64,000 nt of DNA, taken from the NCBI GenBank assembly GCA_937899865.1, contig CALBRH010000063.1, positions 1,957-65,956 of the forward strand, written 5' to 3'. Numbering within the stretch: the first letter of the stretch is position 1; each line of letters opens with the position of its first letter. Made by a program: the position numbers and the translations under genes. The DNA comes from an uncultured euryarchaeote. Its GTDB lineage: Archaea > Thermoplasmatota > Poseidoniia > Poseidoniales > Poseidoniaceae. The notes beneath the pieces were generated by a model. The model did not search any database, had not been told where the DNA came from, and worked only from the letters and a program-made list of their open reading frames with translations. Positions 27,141-36,299 of this stretch are shown one piece after another.

Positions 27141-29057
27141 ATGACAAGAATGAGTAATGCAGTATCAATTGTATTAATTTCGCTAATGCTACTACCTTCG
27201 CTTGGAGCGATTGTTCCTGCTGATGCGGAGCCTGTAACAGTTGAAGAAGAAGGTTGGTGGGTCGATACTACTGTTGACCGTAACAAAAATGGCATTGGCG
27301 ACATGATTGAGCGTCATATCGATAATCCAATTCTTCTAAAAGATGGAACATTGCCAATAATTGTAGATTTTGACCATACTCCAGATGAAGAAGATGTAAT
27401 TATGCTTGAACAACAAGTTGACTATGAACATCAGTTTTACCTTCCAGCGATCGATGCTGTCGCAGGCAGAGTTCCGGTTGCTCTATTAGACAAAGCAATT
27501 TCACTTCCTGGGGTTGTGATGCTCGAACTTGATGGTATAATGACTATCCAAAATGGAGACGCAGTTGCGCTTCACGGTGTAGATACAGCATGGCAAGAAA
27601 CAGGCTATGATGGATCTGGTACAACGGTTGCAATTATCGATACAGGTATCGATGGTTTACATTCTAGTCTTGATGATCAAGATGATGACCCTGAAACTAA
27701 TGACCCTAAAGTAGTGGCTTTTTATGATCCAGTAAATAATCCAAGTCTTACCAATGGAACAGAAGTATTTCCCTACGATGACCAAGGACATGGCTCTCAT
27801 TGTGCAGGAACTACAGCGGGAACTGGTGCTCCAACCTATGAAAACCCTGGAATGGCCCCACAAGCAAAATTAGTTGGAGTAAAGGTGTTAGATTCTGGAG
27901 GATCTGGTTCTTTTGCAGTTGTAATGGCTGGAATGCAGTGGACTATTGATAATAGATACCAGTTCAACATCAGGGTTGCCTCTATGTCTCTTGGAGCATT
28001 TGGTATAATTGAATGGACTTCTTCTGAAGAAGATAGTGTTAACAGAATGGCTAATGATATGGTGTACAATGATATTACGCTGTTTATCGCTGCAGGTAAT
28101 TCTGCTGGTAGAGGTACCATTGGGACTCCTGGTAGTGCCGAAGATGCAATTACAGTAGGTGCATTGGATAAAGATTCATCAATTGCTGCCTATTCAAGTC
28201 AAGGTCCAACAGAAGAGAACAGGGTCAAGCCAAATCTTGCTTATGTTGGCTCTGATGTCATGTCGGTTGCTCACAACACAGGAGATGGTTATACAGCCTT
28301 TTCAGGAACTTCAATGGCTACTCCTGGTGCTGCTGGAGTTGCTGCTCTTATGCTACAAGCAAACCCTGATTTAAGTCCGTTTGAAGTTAGAAATTTCATG
28401 CAAGAAACTGCCGAGTACCGTGCATGTACATACATGGGCGATCCTGCTGGAATTGATGGATGTGATGACAATGATGCTCAAAATATCATTACTAAAAACC
28501 GCCAAAACAATGTTTACGGACATGGTGAAGTACGTGCTTTAGAATCAGTTTTGGCAGCTGCTGAAAAATACTATGTTTTTGATTCCTCAATGCAAATTAC
28601 AATTGAAAATGATCCAACTCATGATAATTCGCACACTCACTTAACTCCAAAAGAAGCAATCGAGTTCACGACTTCTGGAGGAATTGAATCAATCCAGTGG
28701 CGAAGTAATCATATTGTTGACGATTGGACAAATCTGCAATCTTTTGAAAAGACTGATACCGAGGGTCATGTTTCTGCAATTGATATTATCAATCAACTTG
28801 AACACCTGCCAGGAATTGATTTAGATGGCAACCATACAATTTCAATTAGAGGCTTGAAATCTAATTCGAGTGGAGGTCACTCATCCTCACCACTTGTTAC
28901 TATCGATATCATGTTGATGGACACAGCATCTGCCTTCATGCAAGAGTCAGAGGAGACTCCTGGATTCACAATATTTGCAGTATCAGTCGCTTCTGCTATT
29001 GCATTATTTGTCAATCAGAGAAAGTTAGAATCGAATTCAATATATGAAGAAGATTAA
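27141..29057 (+). CDS. Subtilisin-like serine protease (S8 family) with a signal peptide and a PGF-CTERM-like C-terminal anchor
   Basis: AIIDTGIDGLH (Asp), HGSHCAGT (His) and SGTSMATPGAAG (Ser). The C-terminus is ...EETPGFTIFAVSVASAIALFVNQRK... Confidence 0.85.
   Translation: MTRMSNAVSIVLISLMLLPSLGAIVPADAEPVTVEEEGWWVDTTVDRNKNGIGDMIERHIDNPILLKDGTLPIIVDFDHTPDEEDVIMLEQQVDYEHQFYLPAIDAVAGRVPVALLDKAISLPGVVMLELDGIMTIQNGDAVALHGVDTAWQETGYDGSGTTVAIIDTGIDGLHSSLDDQDDDPETNDPKVVAFYDPVNNPSLTNGTEVFPYDDQGHGSHCAGTTAGTGAPTYENPGMAPQAKLVGVKVLDSGGSGSFAVVMAGMQWTIDNRYQFNIRVASMSLGAFGIIEWTSSEEDSVNRMANDMVYNDITLFIAAGNSAGRGTIGTPGSAEDAITVGALDKDSSIAAYSSQGPTEENRVKPNLAYVGSDVMSVAHNTGDGYTAFSGTSMATPGAAGVAALMLQANPDLSPFEVRNFMQETAEYRACTYMGDPAGIDGCDDNDAQNIITKNRQNNVYGHGEVRALESVLAAAEKYYVFDSSMQITIENDPTHDNSHTHLTPKEAIEFTTSGGIESIQWRSNHIVDDWTNLQSFEKTDTEGHVSAIDIINQLEHLPGIDLDGNHTISIRGLKSNSSGGHSSSPLVTIDIMLMDTASAFMQESEETPGFTIFAVSVASAIALFVNQRKLESNSIYEED
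28959..29057 (+). other. PGF-CTERM-like sorting signal (putative archaeosortase target)
   Basis: PGF tripeptide (nt 28959-28967), then a 15-aa hydrophobic helix, then basic residues. The tail after the helix is longer than I expect for the canonical signal. Confidence 0.5.
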
Positions 29058-29071
29058 TTTCATCATAAACT

Positions 29072-29081
29072 GATATTTTTT
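29072..29081 (+). terminator. Candidate oligo-T terminator after the protease gene
   Basis: A T6 run at 29076-29081, within 25 nt of the stop. Confidence 0.3.
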
Positions 29082-29131
29082 CCTTTGCCATCGGCGGTGA
29101 AGTAAAGAGTAATACGCATCGACCACGACAT

Positions 29132-30721
29132 ATGTCGTGGCTCAAAGACCCAGAGAGCCAAGGTAATCAAAAAATAGGTTTGACATATCGACTATTAAGG
29201 AGATTTAACCGCTCTCTTATGTCTGTGTGGTTTAGAGAGTTAGATATTGTTGATAATGAAAACATGCCACATGAAGGAGGAGTCATATTTGTTTCATGGC
29301 ATCCAAGTGGTTTGATTGATCCAATGCTACTACATGCTTCATTGCCTGGAAAATTATCAATTCTTGCCAAACATACATTGTTCGAAATACCGGTCTTAGG
29401 CCGGATGATTAGGGCAGGTGGTGCGTTGCCAATTTATCGTGCCAAAGATAGTGATAATCTGGAATTGTCTAAACAAAAAAACGCTGAAATGTTAGAAAAT
29501 GCCGGAATGGAAATTTCTTATGGGGGCCGATTATTACTGTTCCCAGAAGGAAAAACTCATACTGAAGCAAATGTAAACAGAGCAAAAACCGGTGCTGCAA
29601 GAATCATGTTAAACGCTTTACGCAATGCTCAAATTAACGAATTGCCAAAGCCAAATATAATTCCGGTAGGGCTTCATTATTCTAATTCTCAAAAATTTAG
29701 AGAACGTGGAGCAGTTATTCTTGAAAGGCCAATGAATTTACCCGAAATACCTCCATTGGTGGAAGATGAAACTCAACAAAAGGAAACTGACTATGAATGG
29801 GTTCAAAGTGTTACAAAATCTATAGAATCAGAACTGAAACGGGCAAGTCTGTCTAAAACTACTTGGGAAGAAAGGCGGTTGATTTGGTTGGCAAGAAGTG
29901 TTGTTCATGCCGAGAGGGCAATCCAGAGTGGAGAAAAAATCCAGCGTCCAAGTTATGCAGAATCGGTAATTGGTGCTAGGAGGATGAGAGCAGGGTGGGA
30001 GTTTTATAATGAAAATAATCCAGACAAGATTTCACCATTAGTAGAGAAATCAAAAGATCATTTTGCCGAATTAGAATCTATTGAAGCTACTCCTTATGAT
30101 GTTGCAGCAAAACCAGAGAAACCCAGTTTGTTTGGTTATTTAGGTGCATTAATCTCATGGTTATGGGTCGCTGCGTGGATGTTAGGTTTAGTGACTTGGA
30201 GTGCAATATTAGGAAATGTTCCACCATATCAAGCAAATTATCTTACAATGTGGCAACTAAAGAAAAGAGGTGTTTCAGATTCTATACATGGTACCTTAAA
30301 AATTGGAACTGCAGTCATAATGTTCCCTATTTGGTGGATTTTTGTTTCTCTATCCGTTACAGTCATCTTTCTGGCTACGGATAGTCCAGTATACATTTTA
30401 CTAAACAAACATTGGCTATTGGCTTACTTCACACAAATTAATCCAATAATAATGTTCTTTGTATTGCTTATTTGGTGGCCGACATCTGGAAAATTACATA
30501 TGAAACTCTATTCAAGATTGGTAAGAAATTGGCGGAATCTTAAGCGTTGGAAAAATTGGCGCAAGAATCAATTTTACTGGGATAAATTGCAAAAGAATCA
30601 AAGAGAAATCGGTGGACTGCTAATTAATTTAGGAGATGGATTAGTTTTGCCTGGAGATGAGGATTGGCAAGAACCAACAACTGGTAGCGATGACTTTACT
30701 TATGTTAAATCAAGAGTTTAA
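29132..30721 (+). CDS. Lysophospholipid/glycerol-phosphate acyltransferase (PlsC-like) with a C-terminal multi-TM region
   Basis: Acyltransferase block I FVSWHPSGLIDP, block III LLLFPEGKTH and a block IV-like IIPVGLHY. TM helices are in the C-terminal third. Confidence 0.7.
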   Translation: MSWLKDPESQGNQKIGLTYRLLRRFNRSLMSVWFRELDIVDNENMPHEGGVIFVSWHPSGLIDPMLLHASLPGKLSILAKHTLFEIPVLGRMIRAGGALPIYRAKDSDNLELSKQKNAEMLENAGMEISYGGRLLLFPEGKTHTEANVNRAKTGAARIMLNALRNAQINELPKPNIIPVGLHYSNSQKFRERGAVILERPMNLPEIPPLVEDETQQKETDYEWVQSVTKSIESELKRASLSKTTWEERRLIWLARSVVHAERAIQSGEKIQRPSYAESVIGARRMRAGWEFYNENNPDKISPLVEKSKDHFAELESIEATPYDVAAKPEKPSLFGYLGALISWLWVAAWMLGLVTWSAILGNVPPYQANYLTMWQLKKRGVSDSIHGTLKIGTAVIMFPIWWIFVSLSVTVIFLATDSPVYILLNKHWLLAYFTQINPIIMFFVLLIWWPTSGKLHMKLYSRLVRNWRNLKRWKNWRKNQFYWDKLQKNQREIGGLLINLGDGLVLPGDEDWQEPTTGSDDFTYVKSRV

Positions 30722-30769
30722 TTCTTGCATTTCATCCCTATATTGATATGCAACCATTGTTAGGATATA

Positions 30770-31384
30770 ATGGGTGAGCAGTTGGTAGGTTCTGAGTATG
30801 TCAAAATGACTCCGTCTGCTGACAAAACCGTATGGAGTGCAACAGTCAACAAAAAGGAAACAGAATTGTTAATCAATTCTAACGCAGTTTTACTTGATGT
30901 ACTTCGTGATCAAGTTGGTACATTAGGCGTTAAACGTGGATGTGATTTAGGGACATGTGGTTGTTGTACTGTAATGATTGATGGTGAGCCAAGGTTGTCT
31001 TGTCTATGTTTAGCAGGGCAGGTTTCAGGTACTGAAATTATCACTGTTGAAGGCCTTGCTGACGGGGCTCACTTGGCACCGATTCAAGCTTGTTTTGCAA
31101 AATATGGCGGCTCACAATGTGGTTTCTGCACTCCAGGATTTTTGGTCGCTTCTCAAGCCTTGTTAGAACATAATAATTCCCCTTCGGATGAACAAATTTC
31201 TGAAGCGATTGAAGGCAATTTGTGCCGCTGTACAGGATATCAGCAAATAATTGAATCAATTCAAGAAGCGGCAAAAATACACCGCGGTGAAAGTGCTGTA
31301 CCTCAACCTGCATCCTCTCCACATCCAGACCCTCATCCTGATGGGCCTGGAGAGCCATCTATGCCGCCCGGTCATGCGAAGTGA
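30770..31384 (+). CDS. [2Fe-2S]-binding small subunit of a xanthine dehydrogenase/aldehyde oxidoreductase-family molybdoenzyme
   Basis: CDLGTCGCCTV (plant-type cluster) and GFCTPGF...CRCTGY (second cluster). Pro/His-rich C-terminal tail. Confidence 0.9.
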   Translation: MGEQLVGSEYVKMTPSADKTVWSATVNKKETELLINSNAVLLDVLRDQVGTLGVKRGCDLGTCGCCTVMIDGEPRLSCLCLAGQVSGTEIITVEGLADGAHLAPIQACFAKYGGSQCGFCTPGFLVASQALLEHNNSPSDEQISEAIEGNLCRCTGYQQIIESIQEAAKIHRGESAVPQPASSPHPDPHPDGPGEPSMPPGHAK

Positions 31385-31389
31385 TAATC

Positions 31390-34191
31390 ATGTCAGCAGG
31401 ATATCGTCAGCAACCGGGCAAATCGTCAGAAAAGCGAACTGATGGTAAAAGAGTTGCTGGGAAGCAGGCATTTCCACCCCCTGGTTCGGGTGGTTCAAAT
31501 CCAACAATGAAGCCAAGAGACCTCAATTTCATACCGGAGTCGGTAGGTGGAAAAGAGCCACAACCTGCTGGTTCACATATACACGACCGTATTCGAACAG
31601 GAACAGTTGTTGGAAAACCCCTGCCTTTGGTTGATTCAAATGCTAAAGTTACTGGGCAGGCTTGGTATGGTGATGATATTAGATTACCCAATGAGGCAAT
31701 CGGCAAAATTTTGCGCTCACCTCATCATTATGCAAAGATAAAATCGATTGATACTTCAAGAGTTGAAGCATTACCTGGAGTCATTTCTGTTGCGACTGGT
31801 AAAGATGCCCCATCTCGTTTTGGTGTTTTACCAGTGACAAAAGATGAGCATGCAATGGCAGTTGAGAAAGTTAGACATATTGGTGATTTAGTTGCGTGTG
31901 TGTGTGCAGAAACAGAAGCGATTGCTATAGAGGCATTGTCCTTATTTGATATAGAATGGGAAATATTGGAGCCAGTTTTTGATAGAAAAAAGGGCTTAGA
32001 AGATGTTGATGAACCTATTCATTGGCGAGGCAAATATCATCTGTCAAAGACGAATGTACAAAAAAGAGTATTCCAGGAATTTGGTGACCGTTCTTTGGTG
32101 GACAATCCACATGCTTCTTCTCACGGCAAATGGAGTATGGAAGGAGTGCATCATGGGTTTACTGAACCACATGCTGTTGTTGCACATTGGGATCCTAATG
32201 GTAGATTACAGTTGTATACTCCTCAGCAAGTACCACATTATACTCACCGAGCGTTATCTACGGTTTTGGATGTACCCATGCATCAAATAAACGTAGTAAG
32301 GACCTTCGTTGGAGGTGGCTTTGGTGGCAAATCAGATCCGTTCCCTCATGAAATGTGTGCAGCAATACTTGCTAGAAAATCTGGTAGGCCAGTTAGAATT
32401 ACTTTTGATAGAGAAGAGGTTTACTGGATTAACCGAGGTAGACATCCTAGTGACATAGAAGTAAAGATGACTGCTGATGATGTTGGTAGAATTTCTGGAT
32501 TTGATATCGATGCACTAATCGATGGAGGAGGCTTTGCATCTTTTGGTCATGTTACATCATACTACAATGGAGTTCTAGCAACCGCCCCATATGAGTTAGG
32601 GTCATTTCACTATACTGGAGCAAGAGTTTGGACTAACAAACCGGCTTCAGGTGCGATGCGTGGACATGGGGCAGTCAATACCAGATGTGCTGTTGAAGTT
32701 GGTCTTGATGAAATGGCCGAACAGATGAATGTTGATCCAATAGACCTTAGATTAGCCAATTTATTGCCCCCACATAGTCGAACAATAACAGGTTTTAGAA
32801 TTACTTCAAATGGCATGCGGGAAGCTCTCGAGAAGGTGCGCGAAGGTTCAAATTGGGATGAGAAATTCCGTCAATTACCTCTTGGTAAAGGTATTGGAGT
32901 AGGTTGTGGATTCTTCATTTCTGGTTCAGGTTTACCTATTCACTGGGACCCTAACAGATTCCCACATGCTACTGTACACATTCAAGTTGACATGGACGGT
33001 GGTGTAACAGTCCATACAGGTGCAGCAGATATTGGACAAGGTTCAACTACTGCAGTAGCACAAGTAGTAGCAGAAGTTTTAGCATTACCAATAGAGATGA
33101 TTCATGTTAGAAGCCATGAAAGTGATACATCTCCAGTTGATTTGGGTTCATATTCAAGCAGAGTTACATTCATGAACGCAAATGCAGCAATAAGGGCTGC
33201 TTTAGAGATTAGAGATCAACTACTCAAAGCAGCATGGGACATACTTGGTTATCACCCAAATACCTTAATTTTGAATGATCGAAGAATCTATTACAAGCAT
33301 GATCCTTCAATTGGAGTTTCTTATCTAAAAGCATTACACAAAGCACAGGAAGACAAAGGTTCACTAATTGCTAGTGGAGCTTACCGCTCACCCCCTATGG
33401 GTGGTGTTCACAAAGGTGCTGCTGCGGGACTTGCTCCTGCTTATTCTTTCTCAGCATATGTTGCAGAAGTAGATGTTGACGTTGAGTTGGGATTGGTTAA
33501 ATGTACCAATGTGTGGGCTGCACATGACTGTGGAAAGGCACTCAATCCTTTAGCAGTGAAAGGTCAGATAATTGGTTCTTGTCACATGGGTCTTGGCCAG
33601 GTATTGTCTGAGAAAATGGTCTATGGAAGAACAGGTCATTTGCAAAATGCAAACTTGTTAGAATACAAAATCCCCTCCGTACATGAGATGCCTCATGTTG
33701 AACCTATAATCATTGAATCCTGTGACCCAGAAGGTCCATTTGGTGCTAAAGAAGCAGGTGAAGGCCCATTATTGCCAATTTTGCCAGCAGTTGTCAATGC
33801 TGTTTACGATGCTGTTGGTGTTAGGTTTAGAGATTTACCACTTACTCCAGATGTTGTATTCAAAGGCATTGAGAGAAAGCGAAAGTCACTCAAATTGGAT
33901 GATTGTATGGATTTGCCAAGCCCTAGACTGGAACATGGTCCAATGCAAGAAGTACTTTCTTCAAGAGCTGATGAACACAAATTACGTGACAAAGCAAGGC
34001 AAAGAACAGAAGATACCTCTCATTATGTCAATGGAGTGTTGTTTGGTTTTGATCCAAACGTCCCACTTGAGGACCAAGTTGATGGATGGCGAATGGCTAC
34101 CGAACCGGATCCAAAGCAATTAGCTGAATTGGGTCTAGCAGGCAAAGCATGGCTTAAGAAAACCCAACGAGAGATGGGAGGTGATTCATGA
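31390..34191 (+). CDS. Molybdopterin-binding large subunit of a xanthine dehydrogenase/aldehyde oxidoreductase-family enzyme
   Basis: FVGGGFGGKSD, SGAMRGHGAV, QGSTTAVAQV and FGAKEAGEGP blocks. The track start is the GTG at 31381, overlapping the upstream stop. There are N- and C-terminal extensions. Confidence 0.9.
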   Translation: MSAGYRQQPGKSSEKRTDGKRVAGKQAFPPPGSGGSNPTMKPRDLNFIPESVGGKEPQPAGSHIHDRIRTGTVVGKPLPLVDSNAKVTGQAWYGDDIRLPNEAIGKILRSPHHYAKIKSIDTSRVEALPGVISVATGKDAPSRFGVLPVTKDEHAMAVEKVRHIGDLVACVCAETEAIAIEALSLFDIEWEILEPVFDRKKGLEDVDEPIHWRGKYHLSKTNVQKRVFQEFGDRSLVDNPHASSHGKWSMEGVHHGFTEPHAVVAHWDPNGRLQLYTPQQVPHYTHRALSTVLDVPMHQINVVRTFVGGGFGGKSDPFPHEMCAAILARKSGRPVRITFDREEVYWINRGRHPSDIEVKMTADDVGRISGFDIDALIDGGGFASFGHVTSYYNGVLATAPYELGSFHYTGARVWTNKPASGAMRGHGAVNTRCAVEVGLDEMAEQMNVDPIDLRLANLLPPHSRTITGFRITSNGMREALEKVREGSNWDEKFRQLPLGKGIGVGCGFFISGSGLPIHWDPNRFPHATVHIQVDMDGGVTVHTGAADIGQGSTTAVAQVVAEVLALPIEMIHVRSHESDTSPVDLGSYSSRVTFMNANAAIRAALEIRDQLLKAAWDILGYHPNTLILNDRRIYYKHDPSIGVSYLKALHKAQEDKGSLIASGAYRSPPMGGVHKGAAAGLAPAYSFSAYVAEVDVDVELGLVKCTNVWAAHDCGKALNPLAVKGQIIGSCHMGLGQVLSEKMVYGRTGHLQNANLLEYKIPSVHEMPHVEPIIIESCDPEGPFGAKEAGEGPLLPILPAVVNAVYDAVGVRFRDLPLTPDVVFKGIERKRKSLKLDDCMDLPSPRLEHGPMQEVLSSRADEHKLRDKARQRTEDTSHYVNGVLFGFDPNVPLEDQVDGWRMATEPDPKQLAELGLAGKAWLKKTQREMGGDS

Positions 34192-35165
34192 TGCTAATGC
34201 CACCATTTACTCTTCATCATCCAAACACTATTGGAGAGGCGACATCGATAGCAGCTAATTTGATAGAACAAGAAGAGGATTTTGATTGGGTTGCTGGAGG
34301 TACAGATGTTCTGCCAAATTACAAATGGCGAATAAATCCAAAACCACATGTAATTTCATTGGCAAAAATACCAGAGGCAAACCAAATTAGCCCGTATGAA
34401 ATTGGTTGTATGACTAAACTTTCATCATTGACTCCAGAAAACGGAATACATCCTTTGATTGTAGAAGCAGCATCAAAAATAGCTTCATCTTTGATTAGAA
34501 AGAGTGCAACTGTAGGTGGAAATTTATGTCTTGATACCAGATGTTTTTGGTATAATCAAAGTGAAGATTGGCGACGTTCAATAGACTGGTGCCATAAAGC
34601 AGATTGTGGAACTGGAGCAGATTGTCGAGTAATTCCGAATCAAAACACACTTTGTGTTGCTACTTATCAAGGAGATTTAGCACCTAATTTCATGGCATTA
34701 GGGGCAAATGTTACTTTGATCGGTCCTAATGGAGAAAGAACAATGCCATTGAATGAATTTTATCAATTGGATGGTATGAAAAAGAATGTCTTACAACCAG
34801 GTGAATTCATGCTAAAGGTGACTTTGCCAAAAGACTCATTTGAATATTGCGGAAGCTATCAAAAGTTACGAGTTAGAGAATCTTGGGATTTCCCCGAAGC
34901 AGGCATTTCTGCAGTATGGAAAAAGGGTGACTATAATACATTGAAGATTGCTTCGACTGCGTTAGAATCGATACCTAAAACCCATGACGAACAAGTGTCA
35001 GAATTTACTTCATCTTGGGATAAAGGTTCTACAATCTCTCAATTATCCGAGGCTATTAGAAAATCGGTAAAACCAGTTAATAATACCGCTTTACCACCTA
35101 ATTATCGTCGGTCAGTAGTTAGAGTTCTTACTAAGCGAGCGTTGAAAAATATTGGATGTGAGTGA
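34188..35165 (+). CDS. FAD-binding medium subunit of the molybdoenzyme, with a Cys-rich insertion
   Basis: VAGGTDVLPN and ATVGGNL FAD-domain blocks. There is a six-Cys insertion between GGNL and GDLAPNFMALGA (nt 34527-34655). The start overlaps the large-subunit stop (ATGA). Confidence 0.85.
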   Translation: MMLMPPFTLHHPNTIGEATSIAANLIEQEEDFDWVAGGTDVLPNYKWRINPKPHVISLAKIPEANQISPYEIGCMTKLSSLTPENGIHPLIVEAASKIASSLIRKSATVGGNLCLDTRCFWYNQSEDWRRSIDWCHKADCGTGADCRVIPNQNTLCVATYQGDLAPNFMALGANVTLIGPNGERTMPLNEFYQLDGMKKNVLQPGEFMLKVTLPKDSFEYCGSYQKLRVRESWDFPEAGISAVWKKGDYNTLKIASTALESIPKTHDEQVSEFTSSWDKGSTISQLSEAIRKSVKPVNNTALPPNYRRSVVRVLTKRALKNIGCE

Positions 35166-36125
35166 ATGAAAAGAAGCAATACGAAATTGGTTGTAATTTT
35201 GTTCACATGTTTGTTGACTATCTCATTTTTACCGTTTAGTAGCGGACAAGACCAAGTTGAAATTCCATCATGGGAGGTAGGCTGGGAAACTAACATGGAC
35301 GGCGTCTATGAACTCCAATTATCAGGTGAAGAAGACATCACGGATTCAATAGAATTCTTTGTCGCAAATGATAGAATGGCTGACTTAAACTTGGAGATAA
35401 GCATTGAATGGGATGAATCAGAGAATATCCCTATCGAGTTGGATTATGATGAGTCAATTTCCGTATCTGCATCAGATAATCAAACATTTACTATCGAGAT
35501 TTCAGATGTTTCTGGTTATTCTTTTGAACGTTCGCCAAATGATTCTATGACTCTATTACTTACTGCACAAGAGATTTTGTTAGAACAACCACTTTCTACT
35601 CAAGAAATTGATGCTGAATTATCAGTTCCTGCAGTGTTTGATTTAACTTTGGAATCAGAATCTAAAGATGAGACTCTATTTGCAGGTTCATCGATAGAAT
35701 ACTCGCTTATTGTGACTAATGATGGTAATACAAAAGATGTCATAAAAATGCCAGAATCATCGATTAAATCCTGTCCAAGTGTTTCGGTTGAGGGGTTAGA
35801 TTCTATGAATGATATTGAGATCGAGAATTCCTCTACGAAAGATTTCGCAATTCGAATTTCAGCATCAGAATCACAACCAGAGAGGCTTTGTGAAATTACT
35901 ATTTCAATAAAATCAGCGGGTAATGGAAAAATATCTAGTATAGTTTTTGAAATAAATGTAAATTCAAATTCTGCTGAAAATGATGACAAAGGAGATTCTA
36001 ATGTTGAAGAATCACCTGATGATGATAATTCTGAACTTACTGAAACCAATACACTCAATTTCGTAATGGGTTATGAGATTATTTTGATGATAATGATTGC
36101 ATTGATATTTCGTTCTAGAAATTAA
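35166..36125 (+). CDS. Secreted acidic protein with a C-terminal TM anchor, possibly with CARDB/DUF11-like beta-sandwich repeats
   Basis: Signal peptide MKRSNTKLVVILFTCLLTISFLPF. The segment LFAGSSIEYSLIVTNDGNTKDV resembles CARDB-type strands. C-terminal helix YEIILMIMIALIF. The ATG directly abuts the upstream stop. Confidence 0.5.
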   Translation: MKRSNTKLVVILFTCLLTISFLPFSSGQDQVEIPSWEVGWETNMDGVYELQLSGEEDITDSIEFFVANDRMADLNLEISIEWDESENIPIELDYDESISVSASDNQTFTIEISDVSGYSFERSPNDSMTLLLTAQEILLEQPLSTQEIDAELSVPAVFDLTLESESKDETLFAGSSIEYSLIVTNDGNTKDVIKMPESSIKSCPSVSVEGLDSMNDIEIENSSTKDFAIRISASESQPERLCEITISIKSAGNGKISSIVFEINVNSNSAENDDKGDSNVEESPDDDNSELTETNTLNFVMGYEIILMIMIALIFRSRN

Positions 36126-36299
36126 TGTTAAAAAATAGCAATATGTGGCCTATTTTTAGTAATAATAACTGTTTGAAAATTGGTCATCATTGTCTATAAA
36201 CCATCGTATCAATTTGCTCACCAATGAGCAAGCATTATGAGTGGAGAGAATTTCGAGAGGATAGTAGTGCGCTATGCATTGTGCAAAAGGAGGAATAAT

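Noticed and set aside
30770-35165. Possible aerobic carbon-monoxide dehydrogenase (coxSLM)
   Set aside because: The large subunit lacks the form I CODH active-site loop (VAYRCSFR) and the form II AYRGAGR variant as far as I can see. It has SGAMRGHGAV instead. The gene order is S-L-M, not M-S-L, and no coxDEFG accessory genes are adjacent.
35600-36058. 152-aa minus-strand ORF inside the secreted acidic protein gene
   Set aside because: It is antisense to a Glu/Asp/Ser-rich gene (GAA/GAT read as TTC/ATC), and its composition is low-complexity S/F/I. The plus-strand gene has a signal peptide and a C-terminal anchor and abuts its neighbours precisely.
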